Shown here one piece after another: positions 17,733-27,888 of a DNA stretch of 64,000 nt. A program made the position numbers and the translations under genes. Source of the DNA: Alphaproteobacteria bacterium (lineage in GTDB: Bacteria; Pseudomonadota; Alphaproteobacteria; SHVV01); assembly GCA_965261735.1 (NCBI GenBank), contig OZ253470.1, positions 3,680,001 through 3,744,000 of the forward strand. Direction: 5' to 3'. Below the pieces are notes generated by a model. The model was given only the letters and a program-made list of their open reading frames with translations. It did not search any database and was not told the DNA's origin. How positions within the stretch are numbered: position 1 is the first letter of the stretch; every line of letters starts with the position of its first letter.

Positions 17733-20147
17733 CTACGGCGCCGACTCGGCCACCGCCGCCACGCGCCGCCGACGCAGCATCTGCATCCACACAACGAGAC
17801 CGAGGATCGCCAAGGCCGGCAGGTAGACCAACTCCTTGGCCGGCCGGCCGAGCTGCTCGATATCGACGTCGGTCACGTAGTCGCCAAAGTCGATCCCCGC
17901 GCCTTCCGCGAGGCCGTCGAAGGTGAGAGCGGTGACCGCGTGGCGACCTTCGTCGGCGGGCTCGATCGTGATGCCGTAGGCCTCGCCTCCGGCGGCACCG
18001 TCGGCCGGCGTCTCGAGCACGAACAGCTTGAAGCGATCGCCGTAGTTGGTCTCCCGGACGACGTGAATGCGAATCTTTCGTCCCGGCTCGATACCAACGT
18101 CGCCGGCGGCGAACTCGGCGAGCGCTACCGGCGCGAAGGCCGGGTAGACCTGATTGAGCATGAAATCGGGCCGGAAGAGCGCCAGCACCACGACCGCCAG
18201 CAGCACGCCCTCGTAAAGCTTGAGCTTGACGATCATCCAGCCTTGGGTCATCGAGGCGAAGCCGAGGATGGCCAACAGCGACATCGCGAACACGAGCAAG
18301 CCGTGCCAAAGGCTTTCGACGCCGATCAACAATAATTCCGGATTGAAAATGAAAACGAACGGGAGGATCGCGGTACGGATGTCGTAGGCGAACCCCTGGA
18401 TCCCTGTCTTGATGGGGTCGGCCCGTGATATGGCCGCGGCCGCGAATGCGGCGAGGCAGACGGGGGGCGTATCGTCCGCAAGGATGCCGAAGTAGAAGAC
18501 GAAGAGATGGACCGCTATGAGCGGCAGGACGATTCCAGAGGCGCCCCCGAGCTCGACCATCACGCCAGCCATCAGCGATGCGACAACGATGTAGTTCGCC
18601 GTCGTCGGTAGGCCCATTCCCAAGATGAGACACAGGACGGCGGTGAGCCCCAAGAGAATGTAAATGTTGCCGCCCGAGACCGCCTCGACGACGCCGATCA
18701 TCGCGTTGCTGAGGCCGGTCGAGGACACCGAGCCGACGATGACGCCGGCGGCGGCCACGGCAACGGCGATGCTGATCATGTTGCGGGCGCCGGCCACCAA
18801 ACCAACATAGATGGCGGCGAAGCCGCCCGCTAGCGCCAGCCAGATCGGCGTGCCGCCGCTCCGCAACGCGGCCGCAACGTGCTGAGCGAGAATGATAATC
18901 ATCATGACGATGATCGAGTAGAAGACCGAGCTGCTGGCGGTCCAGCGCTGGACCATCAGCAGGTAGATCAAGACGGCAATGGGGATCAAGAAATGGACGC
19001 CACCCACGAAGGTCCGGCGCAGCCGCGGAATATCCGCACGCGGCAAACCTCTCAGCCCCAGCTTCAGCGCCTCCAGGTGCGAGATGTACAAGAGCGCCAA
19101 ATAGCTGATGACGGCGGGAATGGCGGCGGCCACGATCACGTCGAAATACGGGATGCCAATGAACTCGGCGATGATGAAGGCCGCCGCGCCCATGATCGGT
19201 GGCATGAGCTGACCGTTGGTCGAGGCCGCGACCTCGATCGCCCCGGCCTTCACCGCTGGCATGCCCATCCGCTTCATCACCGGAATCGTAAACGTGCCGG
19301 TAGTCACCACGTTGGCGATCGACGAGCCGGAAATCGCCCCGGTCATGCCCGAGGCCAGGATCGCCGCCTTGGCGGGCCCACCGCGGAACCTGCCGACCAT
19401 GGCGAAGGCCAAGTCGAGGAAATACTTGCCGGCGCCGGCCTTGTCCAAGAGCGCCCCGAACAGCACGAACAGGAAGACGAAGCTCACCGAAACGTCGATC
19501 GGAATGCCGAAGATCGACTCGCCGCCGAGCCACTGATAGCCGATCAGCCGGTTCAGCGACACGCCCTTGTGGGAGATGAGGTCCGGCATGGACTGCCCGA
19601 AGACCGAGTAAACAAGAAACACGCTGGCGACGATCACCAGAGGCAGGCCGATGCTGCGCCGCACCGCCTCGAGCAACAGGACGATGCCGATGCCGCCGAG
19701 AATGGCTTCGACGGGAAGCCTGAAGTCGACACCGAGGAACGAGAGGTCGTAGACGAGAAGCGTGCCGGCCCGCACGGTCAGTCCGGTGTAGCCGAAATAC
19801 ATGTACAGCGCGCAGCCGGCTCCGAGGAGCGCGATGGCGACGTCGTGGAGGGGCAGCGCCCGCGTCGCCAGGCGCTTGGCCGCCGGGAACATCAGAAAAC
19901 ACAACACCAGTCCGAAGGCGAGGTGGATGCCGCGCGCCGGGACGCCGACGATGATTGCGAAGTCGAAGAGGAACGGAAGCGGCGAAGCGATCCACAGCTG
20001 GAACAGCGACCAGGCGAGCGCGATCAGGCTGACGACGACGGCAAGCCGTGGCCCCAGGTTACGGCCCGAATACTCGATCTCCTCGAGGAGCTGCTCGGGA
20101 TCGGCGGGCGCCTTGGGCGCGAGGCCGCCTGCGTCGGCCGTGGCCAT
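17733..20147 (-). CDS. TAXI-TRAP fused DctQM permease
   Basis: GGPAKAA, SGSSIANVVTTG, PPIMGAAAF, GMGLPTTANY, ADDTPPV. Confidence 0.93.
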   Translation of the reverse strand: MATADAGGLAPKAPADPEQLLEEIEYSGRNLGPRLAVVVSLIALAWSLFQLWIASPLPFLFDFAIIVGVPARGIHLAFGLVLCFLMFPAAKRLATRALPLHDVAIALLGAGCALYMYFGYTGLTVRAGTLLVYDLSFLGVDFRLPVEAILGGIGIVLLLEAVRRSIGLPLVIVASVFLVYSVFGQSMPDLISHKGVSLNRLIGYQWLGGESIFGIPIDVSVSFVFLFVLFGALLDKAGAGKYFLDLAFAMVGRFRGGPAKAAILASGMTGAISGSSIANVVTTGTFTIPVMKRMGMPAVKAGAIEVAASTNGQLMPPIMGAAAFIIAEFIGIPYFDVIVAAAIPAVISYLALLYISHLEALKLGLRGLPRADIPRLRRTFVGGVHFLIPIAVLIYLLMVQRWTASSSVFYSIIVMMIIILAQHVAAALRSGGTPIWLALAGGFAAIYVGLVAGARNMISIAVAVAAAGVIVGSVSSTGLSNAMIGVVEAVSGGNIYILLGLTAVLCLILGMGLPTTANYIVVASLMAGVMVELGGASGIVLPLIAVHLFVFYFGILADDTPPVCLAAFAAAAISRADPIKTGIQGFAYDIRTAILPFVFIFNPELLLIGVESLWHGLLVFAMSLLAILGFASMTQGWMIVKLKLYEGVLLAVVVLALFRPDFMLNQVYPAFAPVALAEFAAGDVGIEPGRKIRIHVVRETNYGDRFKLFVLETPADGAAGGEAYGITIEPADEGRHAVTALTFDGLAEGAGIDFGDYVTDVDIEQLGRPAKELVYLPALAILGLVVWMQMLRRRRVAAVAESAP

Positions 20148-20170
20148 GCCGCTACCTAGTATTCAAGAAG

Positions 20171-20204
20171 AAAGGCCGGCGCCCTGTCGGGAGCGCCGGC
20201 CTTT
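20171..20204. terminator. Hairpin after the TAXI SBP gene (terminator or mRNA stabiliser)
   Basis: 12-bp IR aaaggccggcgc / gcgccggccttt with short T runs on both strands. Confidence 0.7.
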
Positions 20205-20215
20205 TCGGGTCCGGG

Positions 20216-21220
20216 CTACATCCAGCCCTTTTCCTTGTAGTACTTGGCGGCGCCGTCGTGGATCGGTGCCGACAACCCGTTTTTGATCATCAGCTTGGGA
20301 TCGAGGTTCCTGAACGCGGGGTGCAGGTTCCTGAAGTCGTCAAGATTCTCGAACACCGCCCGCGTCACCTCATAAACGACGTCCGCCGGGACGTCGGTGC
20401 TGCTCACGAACGTGGCCATCACGCCAAACGTGGTCACGTCCTTGTCGGTCGTCTTGTAGGTACCACTGGGAATGGTCGCCCAGGCGTAGTACGGCCGCGC
20501 ATCGACCAAACCCTTCGCGACCGAGGTCGTGAAGTCGACGATTTTGGCGCCGCAGCCGTCGGTGGCCACGGAGACGCCGGCATTGGGCACGCCGACGGTG
20601 TAGATATAAGCGTCGATCTTGCCGTCGCACAGCGCCTTCGACTGCTCCGTCGAGGTGAGTTCGGTCGCGAGCTTGAAGTAGCTCTTGTCGACCCCGTGCT
20701 CCTGCAGCAGGAAGTCGGTGGTGCCGCGTTGCCCGGAGCCGGGGTTGCCGATATTGACCCGTTTACCCTTGAGGTCGTCCCACCCCATGATGCCCGTCTT
20801 GTCACCGACGATGATGTGCAGGGGCTCGGGGTGAATCGAGAAGACCGCGCGCAGCTTGTCGAACTTGTTGCCCTCGTATTTGCTAGAGCCGTTGAAGGCG
20901 TGAAACTGCCAGTCCGACTGGGCGACGCCAAAATCGAACTCGCCCTCCTTGATATTATTGATGTTGTAAGTCGAACCCGCGGTCGACGGGGCCGAGCAGC
21001 GGATGCCGTGCTTGCGGCCCTTGCTGCGTCCTTCCGTGGCTTCCTTGTGGACCATGCGGCAGATCGAGTTGCCGACCACGAAGTAGACGCCCGTCGGCCC
21101 ACCCGTGCCGATGGAAATGAAGCGCTTGCCCTGCGCCTGAGCCGCATCGGGCCACGACAGCAAGGCGCCCACGGCAACCGCCAGGGCCATCGAGAAAACA
21201 GAACTCACTATGCGTTTCAT
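20216..21220 (-). CDS. TAXI-family TRAP solute-binding protein
   Basis: ISIGTGGPTGVYF, STAGSTYN, AQSDWQ, GNPGSGQR, LHPAF, APIHDGA. Confidence 0.93.
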   Translation of the reverse strand: MKRIVSSVFSMALAVAVGALLSWPDAAQAQGKRFISIGTGGPTGVYFVVGNSICRMVHKEATEGRSKGRKHGIRCSAPSTAGSTYNINNIKEGEFDFGVAQSDWQFHAFNGSSKYEGNKFDKLRAVFSIHPEPLHIIVGDKTGIMGWDDLKGKRVNIGNPGSGQRGTTDFLLQEHGVDKSYFKLATELTSTEQSKALCDGKIDAYIYTVGVPNAGVSVATDGCGAKIVDFTTSVAKGLVDARPYYAWATIPSGTYKTTDKDVTTFGVMATFVSSTDVPADVVYEVTRAVFENLDDFRNLHPAFRNLDPKLMIKNGLSAPIHDGAAKYYKEKGWM

Positions 21221-21347
21221 GAAGGTAATCCCTCCCTTTGATCCTCGGCGGTGCAGTCCGCCCAGGCGTTCCGCGTCGGGGCGCGCGAGAAACGAGATGC
21301 GCCGCGATTAGAACGGACTATAGGCGGTTTTTACGCGCCGGGCGACC

Positions 21348-22175
21348 TCATCCAGCCGACAGGGTCTCGCGCGCTTGCGCCGCCGTCGCGACCGGGCGTC
21401 CGATCAGCTCTGCACCCCGGCGCACCTGATCCACGAGCGCCGCGTTGTCGGTCGCCAGCGAGCCGTCGGCTAGATGTAGGTTGTTCTCGAAGCCCACGCG
21501 CACGTGTCCGCCGAGTGTCGCGGCCGCGAGCGCGCAAGCGCCTTCGCGCGCCCCGAAGGCGCACACCGTCCAGGTGCCCGGCGGCGGCGACAGCCCGCTC
21601 GTCGTGGCGAGAAACGGTAGCAAATCGGTGGGCACCGACTGGCCGTCTCTGCTGTAGCGCCCAAGCACGAAAAGCACCGCGTGATGGGCCCCTGGGATCA
21701 CGCCGCGCCGGCACAAATCGTCGTAGCGCTCCATCTCCTCGGGCGCGAACAGGATGTACTGGGCAAGAACGCGCTCACGTTCTAGCCAAGCGAGGAAACC
21801 GGCCGCATCCGCCTCCCCGGCTTCATCGGGGATGATCTCGCGCAGCGCGAGCGAGACCGCTTCGGGCCGCAGCGCCCGGACCGCGACCATCTGCTCCGCC
21901 GCCGTATAGCGCCCGACCGATTCGCTGGTGACCTGGATGATAAGGTCCTCGCCCACGGCGCGCCGCACCGCCGCGATCGCTTCGCCGTAGGTGCCCGGAT
22001 CGAGCGTGTGGCCGCCGTCGCGATCGCGGACGTGTAGATGCAACAGCGCCGCGCCGGCCTCACGACACGCAGCGGCGGTCGTGGCGATTTCAGCCGGCGA
22101 AAGCGGCAGCGCCGGATGATCGGCCTTGGTCCTGCGCGCGCCGTTGGGCGCAACGCCGATGATCAGGGGTGTCAA
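21348..22175 (-). CDS. Beta-keto acid cleavage enzyme (BKACE / Kce, DUF849)
   Basis: IGVAPNGAR, HLHVRD (HxH), QVTSE, GGHVRVGFENN (Zn-binding E); TTG start overlaps the upstream stop. Confidence 0.9.
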   Translation of the reverse strand: MTPLIIGVAPNGARRTKADHPALPLSPAEIATTAAACREAGAALLHLHVRDRDGGHTLDPGTYGEAIAAVRRAVGEDLIIQVTSESVGRYTAAEQMVAVRALRPEAVSLALREIIPDEAGEADAAGFLAWLERERVLAQYILFAPEEMERYDDLCRRGVIPGAHHAVLFVLGRYSRDGQSVPTDLLPFLATTSGLSPPPGTWTVCAFGAREGACALAAATLGGHVRVGFENNLHLADGSLATDNAALVDQVRRGAELIGRPVATAAQARETLSAG

Positions 22176-23506
22176 GCGGGCAGCCCGGCGACCGCGGCAT
22201 CGACGGCCTCGCCGAGCCGCGCGACGATATCGGCGACATCGGCCTCCTCGACGATGAAGGGTGGCGCGATGAGCACGTGATCGCCGCGCTCGCCGTCGAT
22301 GGTGCCGCCGCCCGGGTAGCAGATGAGGCCGCGCGCCATGCCCTCCGCCTTGATCCGCGCGTGGAGCCGCAGCGCCGGATCGAAGGGCGCGTCGCCGCCG
22401 CGCTCGGCGACCAGCTCGATGGCGCGGAACAGGCCGCGCCCACGAATGTCGCCGATGTGCGGGTGGTTGCCGAAGCGCTCGAGGAGCGCATCGGCGAGGA
22501 CCTCGCCCTGCCGTCGTACATTGGCGAGCAGGTCGCGCTCGCGCAGCACCCTCTGAACAGCGAGCGCCGCGGCGCAGGCGGTGGCGTGACCGATGTAGGT
22601 GTGGCCGTGCTGGAAGAACCCGGAGCCCTCGCGGATGGCGGCGAAGAGGGGCGCGGCCACGAGCATCGCGCCGATGGGCTGGTAGCCGGCGCCGAGCCCT
22701 TTGGCGAGGACCAGGAGATCGGGGCTGACGCCCTCCTGGGTGCAGGCGTGCAGGGTACCGGTACGGCCGGCGCCGCACATGACCTCGTCGAGGATGAGGA
22801 GAACGTCGTAGCGGTCGCAGATCTCGCGGATGCGCTGGAAGTAGCCGGGCACGGCGGTGACCGCGCCGCTGGTGGCGCCAACCACGGGCTCGGCAATGAA
22901 CGCGGCCACGGTGTCCGGCCCGAGCTCGTGAATCGCCGCCTCCAGCTCGCCCGCCGCACGGAGCGCGTAGGCCTCGTCGCTCTCGCCCGCGTCGCGGTAG
23001 CGGTACGCGAAGCAGGGCGCGATGTGCCTCACCTCCATGAGCAGCGGCAGGAAGGGCTGGCGCCGGGCCGCGTTGCCGCCGACGGCGAGCGCGCCGAGCG
23101 TGTTGCCGTGATAGCTCTGGCGGCGGGCGATGAAGCGGCAGCGCTCGGGCCGGCCGGTCTCGACGTAGTACTGGCGCGCGAGCTTGAGCGCGGCCTCGAT
23201 GCCCTCCGAGCCGCCGGAGGTGAAGTAGACGCGATCGAGCCCGTCGGGCGCGTCGGCGACGAGGGTGTCGGCGAGCTCCTCGGCGACCTCGGTAGTGAAG
23301 AACGCCGTGTGCGCGAACGCGAGCTGGTCGACCTGCCGCTTGATGGCCCGGCGCACGTCCGCGTCACTGTGCCCGAGCGTCGACACCGCGGCACCGCCGG
23401 AAGCGTCGATGTAGCGGTGGCCGTCACGGTCGATGACGTAGAGGCCCTCGCCCGCGACGGCCACGGGAAGCGCGTCGTCGCAATGGCGGTGAAAGACGTG
23501 ATCCAT
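22172..23506 (-). CDS. Class III PLP-dependent aminotransferase
   Basis: YIDASGGAAV, SGGSEGIE, SYHGNT, LDEVMCGAGRTG, AKGLGAG (PLP Lys), HGHTY. Confidence 0.93.
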   Translation of the reverse strand: MDHVFHRHCDDALPVAVAGEGLYVIDRDGHRYIDASGGAAVSTLGHSDADVRRAIKRQVDQLAFAHTAFFTTEVAEELADTLVADAPDGLDRVYFTSGGSEGIEAALKLARQYYVETGRPERCRFIARRQSYHGNTLGALAVGGNAARRQPFLPLLMEVRHIAPCFAYRYRDAGESDEAYALRAAGELEAAIHELGPDTVAAFIAEPVVGATSGAVTAVPGYFQRIREICDRYDVLLILDEVMCGAGRTGTLHACTQEGVSPDLLVLAKGLGAGYQPIGAMLVAAPLFAAIREGSGFFQHGHTYIGHATACAAALAVQRVLRERDLLANVRRQGEVLADALLERFGNHPHIGDIRGRGLFRAIELVAERGGDAPFDPALRLHARIKAEGMARGLICYPGGGTIDGERGDHVLIAPPFIVEEADVADIVARLGEAVDAAVAGLPA

Positions 23507-23688
23507 GGGCCTGCTGTCGTCGACGCGCCGCCACACGCATGGGCCGAGCCCGCGCGGCTGCTCCCATGCCTAAAGGTGTTTGCTGCGTCGCGCAATACGA
23601 GCGTTGCCAGCGCGTCGGCGGCAAACCCGGGCGCAGGCTGGCGCGGCTTCCGCTCCCTTCGCAGCGCCCACCGGGGTATACTCTGGCG

Positions 23689-25841
23689 ATGAAACGCTTG
23701 CGCAACTGGCTCCACTATTTGGTACCGCTCGCGGTGCTGGCTCTGGCGCTCGGGGTGCGGGTCCTGGTGCCCGCGGTCGAGGAGGTCCAGCTCAAGATCT
23801 TCGACACCTTCCAGCGCATCAAGCCGCGCACCTACGAGCCGACGCCGGTCAAGTTCGTCGACCTCGACGACGAGTCGCTGGAGAGGATCGGCCAGTGGCC
23901 GTGGCCACGCACCTACGTCGCCGACATGACCGCGCGCCTCGCGAACATGGGCGCCGCCGCCATCGTCTTCGACATCGTGTTCGCCGAGCCCGACCGCACC
24001 TCGCCCGACAACGTCCTGCCTCTGTGGCCGGCGACGCCCGAGCTCGAGGCGCTACGGGGCGCCACCGACAAGCTCCCGGACCACGACCGGGTGCTGGGCG
24101 AAGTGTTCGCCCAGGCCAACGTCGTGACCGGCTTCGTCTTGACCAATACGGGCAGCGACCGGCTGCCGGTCACGAAAGGAACCTTCGCCTTTGTGGGCGA
24201 CGACCCCAAGCCGTTCGTGCCCGCCTTTCGTGGCGCCATCGTCAACCTGCCGCCCCTGCAGGAGGCCGCGAGCGGCAACGGCAGCTTCAATCTCGTGCCG
24301 GAGACCGACGGCATCGTGCGGCGGGTGCCGCTCCTGTTCACCATCGGTGACACCCTGTACCCCTCGCTTGTGACGGAGGCCCTGCGCGTCGCCCAAGGCG
24401 CACGCACCAACATCGTCAAGTCGTCGGGCGCCAGCGGAGAGACCGCGTACGGCGAGCAGACCGGCGTCAATCATATCAAGATCGGCGCCATCGAGGTGCC
24501 GACCGACGGCGCCGGGCGCATCTGGCTGCACGACACCGGCAGCATCCCCGAGCGCCGGATTCCGGCGTGGCGGCTCTTCAGCGATGATTTCGATCCGGCG
24601 GAAATCGAGGGCCAGATCGTCTTCGTCGGCACCAGCGCGGCCGGCCTGTTCGATTTGCGCACGACGCCGCTGGCGCCGGTGATCCCTGGCGTCGAGATCC
24701 ACATCCAGGCGGTTGAACAGATACTGCTCGGCCACTTCCTGGAGCGCCCCGACTGGGCGACGGGAGTCGAGATCGTCTACCTCCTCGCGCTCGGCCTGGT
24801 GCTCATCTTCCTCATACCGCGCTTCGGCGCATTCTGGGTCGCCATCCTGGGTGGGGTGAGTGTCGCGGCCGTTGTCGGCGGCTCGTGGTTCCTTTACGCC
24901 GAGCGGCTATGGCTGCTCGATCCGGTCCTACCGTCGGTCTCCGCCCTGGCCATCTATCTCGTCGGCTCGCTCATCAACTTCCTCAAGACCGAGGCCTCGC
25001 GGCGCCAGGTGCGGGGCGCCTTCAGCCGCTACATGTCGCCGGCACTGGTCGAGCAGCTGGCGCGCAACCCCGACCGCCTGGTCCTCGACAGCGAGCTCCG
25101 CGACATGACGCTGCTATTCGCGGACATCCGCGGCTTCACCACGATCTCCGAGCAGTTCAAGGGCGATCCCAAGGGTCTCACGAAACTGATCAACCAGTTC
25201 CTCACGCCGATGACAAACATGATCCTGGAGCGCAGCGGCACCATCGACAAGTACATGGGCGATTGCATCATGGCGTTCTGGAACGCGCCGCTCGACGACG
25301 AGGAACACGCCGCAAACGCTTGCGATTCGGCACTCGCGATGTTCACCGCGCTCGAGGAGGTCAACTCGAACATCAAGGCGGATTGCGAGGCGGACGGCCG
25401 CGACTATCACAGGCTCAATATCGGCATCGGGCTCAATTCGGGGCCGGTCTACGTCGGCAACATGGGCTCGGAGCAGCGCTTCGACTACTCGGTGCTGGGC
25501 GATGCGGTGAACCTCGCCGCCCGCCTCGAGGGCCAGTCCAAGAATTACGGCGTCGGCATCGTCATCGGCGAGGAGACGTCCACGCGGGCGGCCGATTACG
25601 CCGTGCTCGAGCTGACCTTATCGCTGTCAAGGGCAAGAACCTCGCCGGCCATCACGCCGTCATGCTCGCCGCGTACCGCCAGCAGGACTGGCAAACGGCG
25701 CGCGAGGAACTGGCGCAATGCCGCGCGCTCGACGGCTCGCTCGGCGAGCTCTACGACCTTTACGAGGAACGGCTCGGCAACTACGAGGCCAACCCGCCGG
25801 GCCCCGAGTGGGACGGCGTGTACGTCGCGACCAGCAAGTAG
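23689..25841 (+). pseudogene. CHASE2-3TM-class III adenylate cyclase with a frameshift and deletion near the end of the catalytic domain
   Basis: CHASE2 (GQWPWPR, FDIVFAEPDR, DGIVRRVPL, PGVEIH) and cyclase motifs (FADIRGFT, DKYMGD, GDAVNLAARLE). The conserved DLIAVKGK and the tail WDGVYVATSK* are in another frame after ~25613. Confidence 0.85.
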
Positions 25842-26081
25842 GCCGTAGCGCCGCCAGATCGCTCGCACGACGACCGCGCCCGATTGCCGTTGACATCGGA
25901 AGGCGTGCCCCCCAATAATTTGTCAACCGGCGTCCATACGGTGCGGCACGTCCCAGGGGTCTGATAGGCCCCATGGCAATCCAAAAAACATGAAATGTCG
26001 TGGGCCAAGCAATTTGCCCGATCAGCCGAGTTCCATTTATCCGGCAACAACCGAGATGCAGGAAACCAGGGAGAGTGAACG

Positions 26082-27770
26082 ATGGGTCGAATGACGAAAC
26101 GCAAGCGACATCCGTATATCCCGGAGCTCAAGGAGCAGCTCCGCAAGGGCGAGATCGACCGCCGCGAATTCCTGCGCACCGCAACCCTGCTCGGGGTTTC
26201 CGCGGCCTCGGCGTACGCGATGGCGGGCGCGGTCGGCCGCGGCCGGGCCTTCGCCGCAACCCCCAAAACAAGCGGCACACTACGGGTCGGCATGAACGTG
26301 ATGGAGATTACCGATCCGGCGAAATTCGACTGGACGGAGAAGGGCAACGGCGCCCGCCACATCACCGAGTCCTTCGTTCGCGTCGGCAACGACAACATTT
26401 CGCGGCCGTACCTGGCCGAGGACTGGGAGACGTCAAAGGATCTAAAGACCTGGACCTTCAAAGTGCGCAAGGGCGTCAAATGGTCGAACGGCGATGATTT
26501 CAATGCCGATGACGTCATCTTCAACGTGTCGCGCTGGCTCGATCCCGCAACGGGAACGCCTCTCCAATCTCGGCTCTCGGCGATGACGACGACCGTCGAT
26601 ACGGGCCAGAAGGACGACAAGGGCAAAGCGGTCATGAGAACCGCGATGACCGAAGGTGCCATCGAACGGATCGACGACCATACGGTGCGCTTCCATTTGA
26701 ACAGGCCGGACCTTGGCGTGCCCGAGGTCTTTGGCGACTATCCGGCACTGCTCGTTCACCGGCGATTTTCGGACGACGGTGGGGACCTCCGCGCCAATCC
26801 TGTCGGCACCGGTCCGTACCGGTTGGCGGAGCACTCGGTCGGCCAGCGGATGACGCTCGAAAGGCGCGCTCCGGGCGAGTACTGGGGCGACGGCTTCCCG
26901 CTCGAAAAAATTGTCTACGTCGACCTCGGCGACGATCCGTCGGCGAAGTTGGCGGCGCTGGTGTCGGGGCAGGTCGACATAATCCATCAGTTCGGCATCG
27001 AACTAGCCGACTCAGTAAAGAAGGTTCCCCATCTCCGGTTGAACGTGATTGATACGGCGGCGACGGGAGTAGCGCGTATGCGATTGGCTGAAAAGCCTTT
27101 TGACGACGCACGACTACGTGAGGCGTTACGGCGAACGATCGACCATGATCGAATTGTCGATATCGTGTTCAACGGGAGAGGGTTGCCAGCGGAGGATCAC
27201 CACGTAGCGCCGATCCATCCGGAGTACGCGAAGATCGGTGAGGAGAAGCAGGACCACGAGCGTGCGCGCCAGCTCCTCAAGGATGCAGGGTACGGTAATG
27301 GCATTGATCTCGAGATCAACTGCGTGGCCAACCCGACATGGGAGCAGAACGCCTGCCAAACCCTAGCGGAAATGGCCAAGCCCGCTGGTATCAACGTCAA
27401 GGTGAACGTGCTTCCGGGAAGCGCCTACTGGCCCAACTGGATGACGTGGCCGTTCAGTTTCACGTCTTGGGGCCATCGCCCGCTCGGCGTCATCAACCTA
27501 CAGCTGGCTTACCGAACCGGCGGCAAGTGGAACGAAAGCGGGCACAGCAACCCGGAGTTTGACCGCCTGCTCGACGAGGCGAGCGGCATCTTGGACCCGA
27601 AGCAGCGCAGCGTTGTCATGGCGAAGGTCGAAAAAACCCTCCGCGACCAAAGCGTGTTCTCTCAGTCCTTGTGGCGGCCCGTGCTCAACGCGCATCATCA
27701 GCGCGTGAAAGGGTACGAGCTCAACAACGCTTTCGAGCATCACTTCAACAATGTGTGGGTCGAGGCGTAA
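26082..27770 (+). CDS. Dpp/Opp-type (family 5) ABC substrate-binding protein with Tat-like signal
   Basis: DRREFL, RKGVKWSNG, PVGTGPY, PFDDARLREA, WNESG. Confidence 0.92.
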   Translation: MGRMTKRKRHPYIPELKEQLRKGEIDRREFLRTATLLGVSAASAYAMAGAVGRGRAFAATPKTSGTLRVGMNVMEITDPAKFDWTEKGNGARHITESFVRVGNDNISRPYLAEDWETSKDLKTWTFKVRKGVKWSNGDDFNADDVIFNVSRWLDPATGTPLQSRLSAMTTTVDTGQKDDKGKAVMRTAMTEGAIERIDDHTVRFHLNRPDLGVPEVFGDYPALLVHRRFSDDGGDLRANPVGTGPYRLAEHSVGQRMTLERRAPGEYWGDGFPLEKIVYVDLGDDPSAKLAALVSGQVDIIHQFGIELADSVKKVPHLRLNVIDTAATGVARMRLAEKPFDDARLREALRRTIDHDRIVDIVFNGRGLPAEDHHVAPIHPEYAKIGEEKQDHERARQLLKDAGYGNGIDLEINCVANPTWEQNACQTLAEMAKPAGINVKVNVLPGSAYWPNWMTWPFSFTSWGHRPLGVINLQLAYRTGGKWNESGHSNPEFDRLLDEASGILDPKQRSVVMAKVEKTLRDQSVFSQSLWRPVLNAHHQRVKGYELNNAFEHHFNNVWVEA

Positions 27771-27778
27771 GGAACTTG

Positions 27779-27806
27779 GGCCGGCCGACACTCCGTCGCG
27801 CCGGCC
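27779..27806 (+). terminator. GC hairpin between the SBP and permease genes
   Basis: ggccggc-cgac...gtcg-c-gccggcc followed by ccttt. Confidence 0.45.
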
Positions 27807-27888
27807 CCTTTCCTGCCGGTGGTGATGCCGATGCAACCGCCGGGATCATCCGCTTAGGCAAACCAGAAGCGGACCGCAGGGTGGAGCC

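Noticed and set aside
17527-19995. 822-aa minus-strand ORF and many similar long overlapping ORFs (e.g. 8546-9895, 22169-23692, 30509-31939, 50846-52378)
   Set aside because: Arg/Pro/Gly-rich alternate-frame or antisense shadows of well-supported genes, expected in high-GC DNA; no recognisable motifs.
21348-22778. 476-aa version of BKACE, and similarly long versions of sat (to 63521) and nnrU (to 12532)
   Set aside because: The extensions overlap other genes or promoter regions and lack family features; starts were moved downstream.
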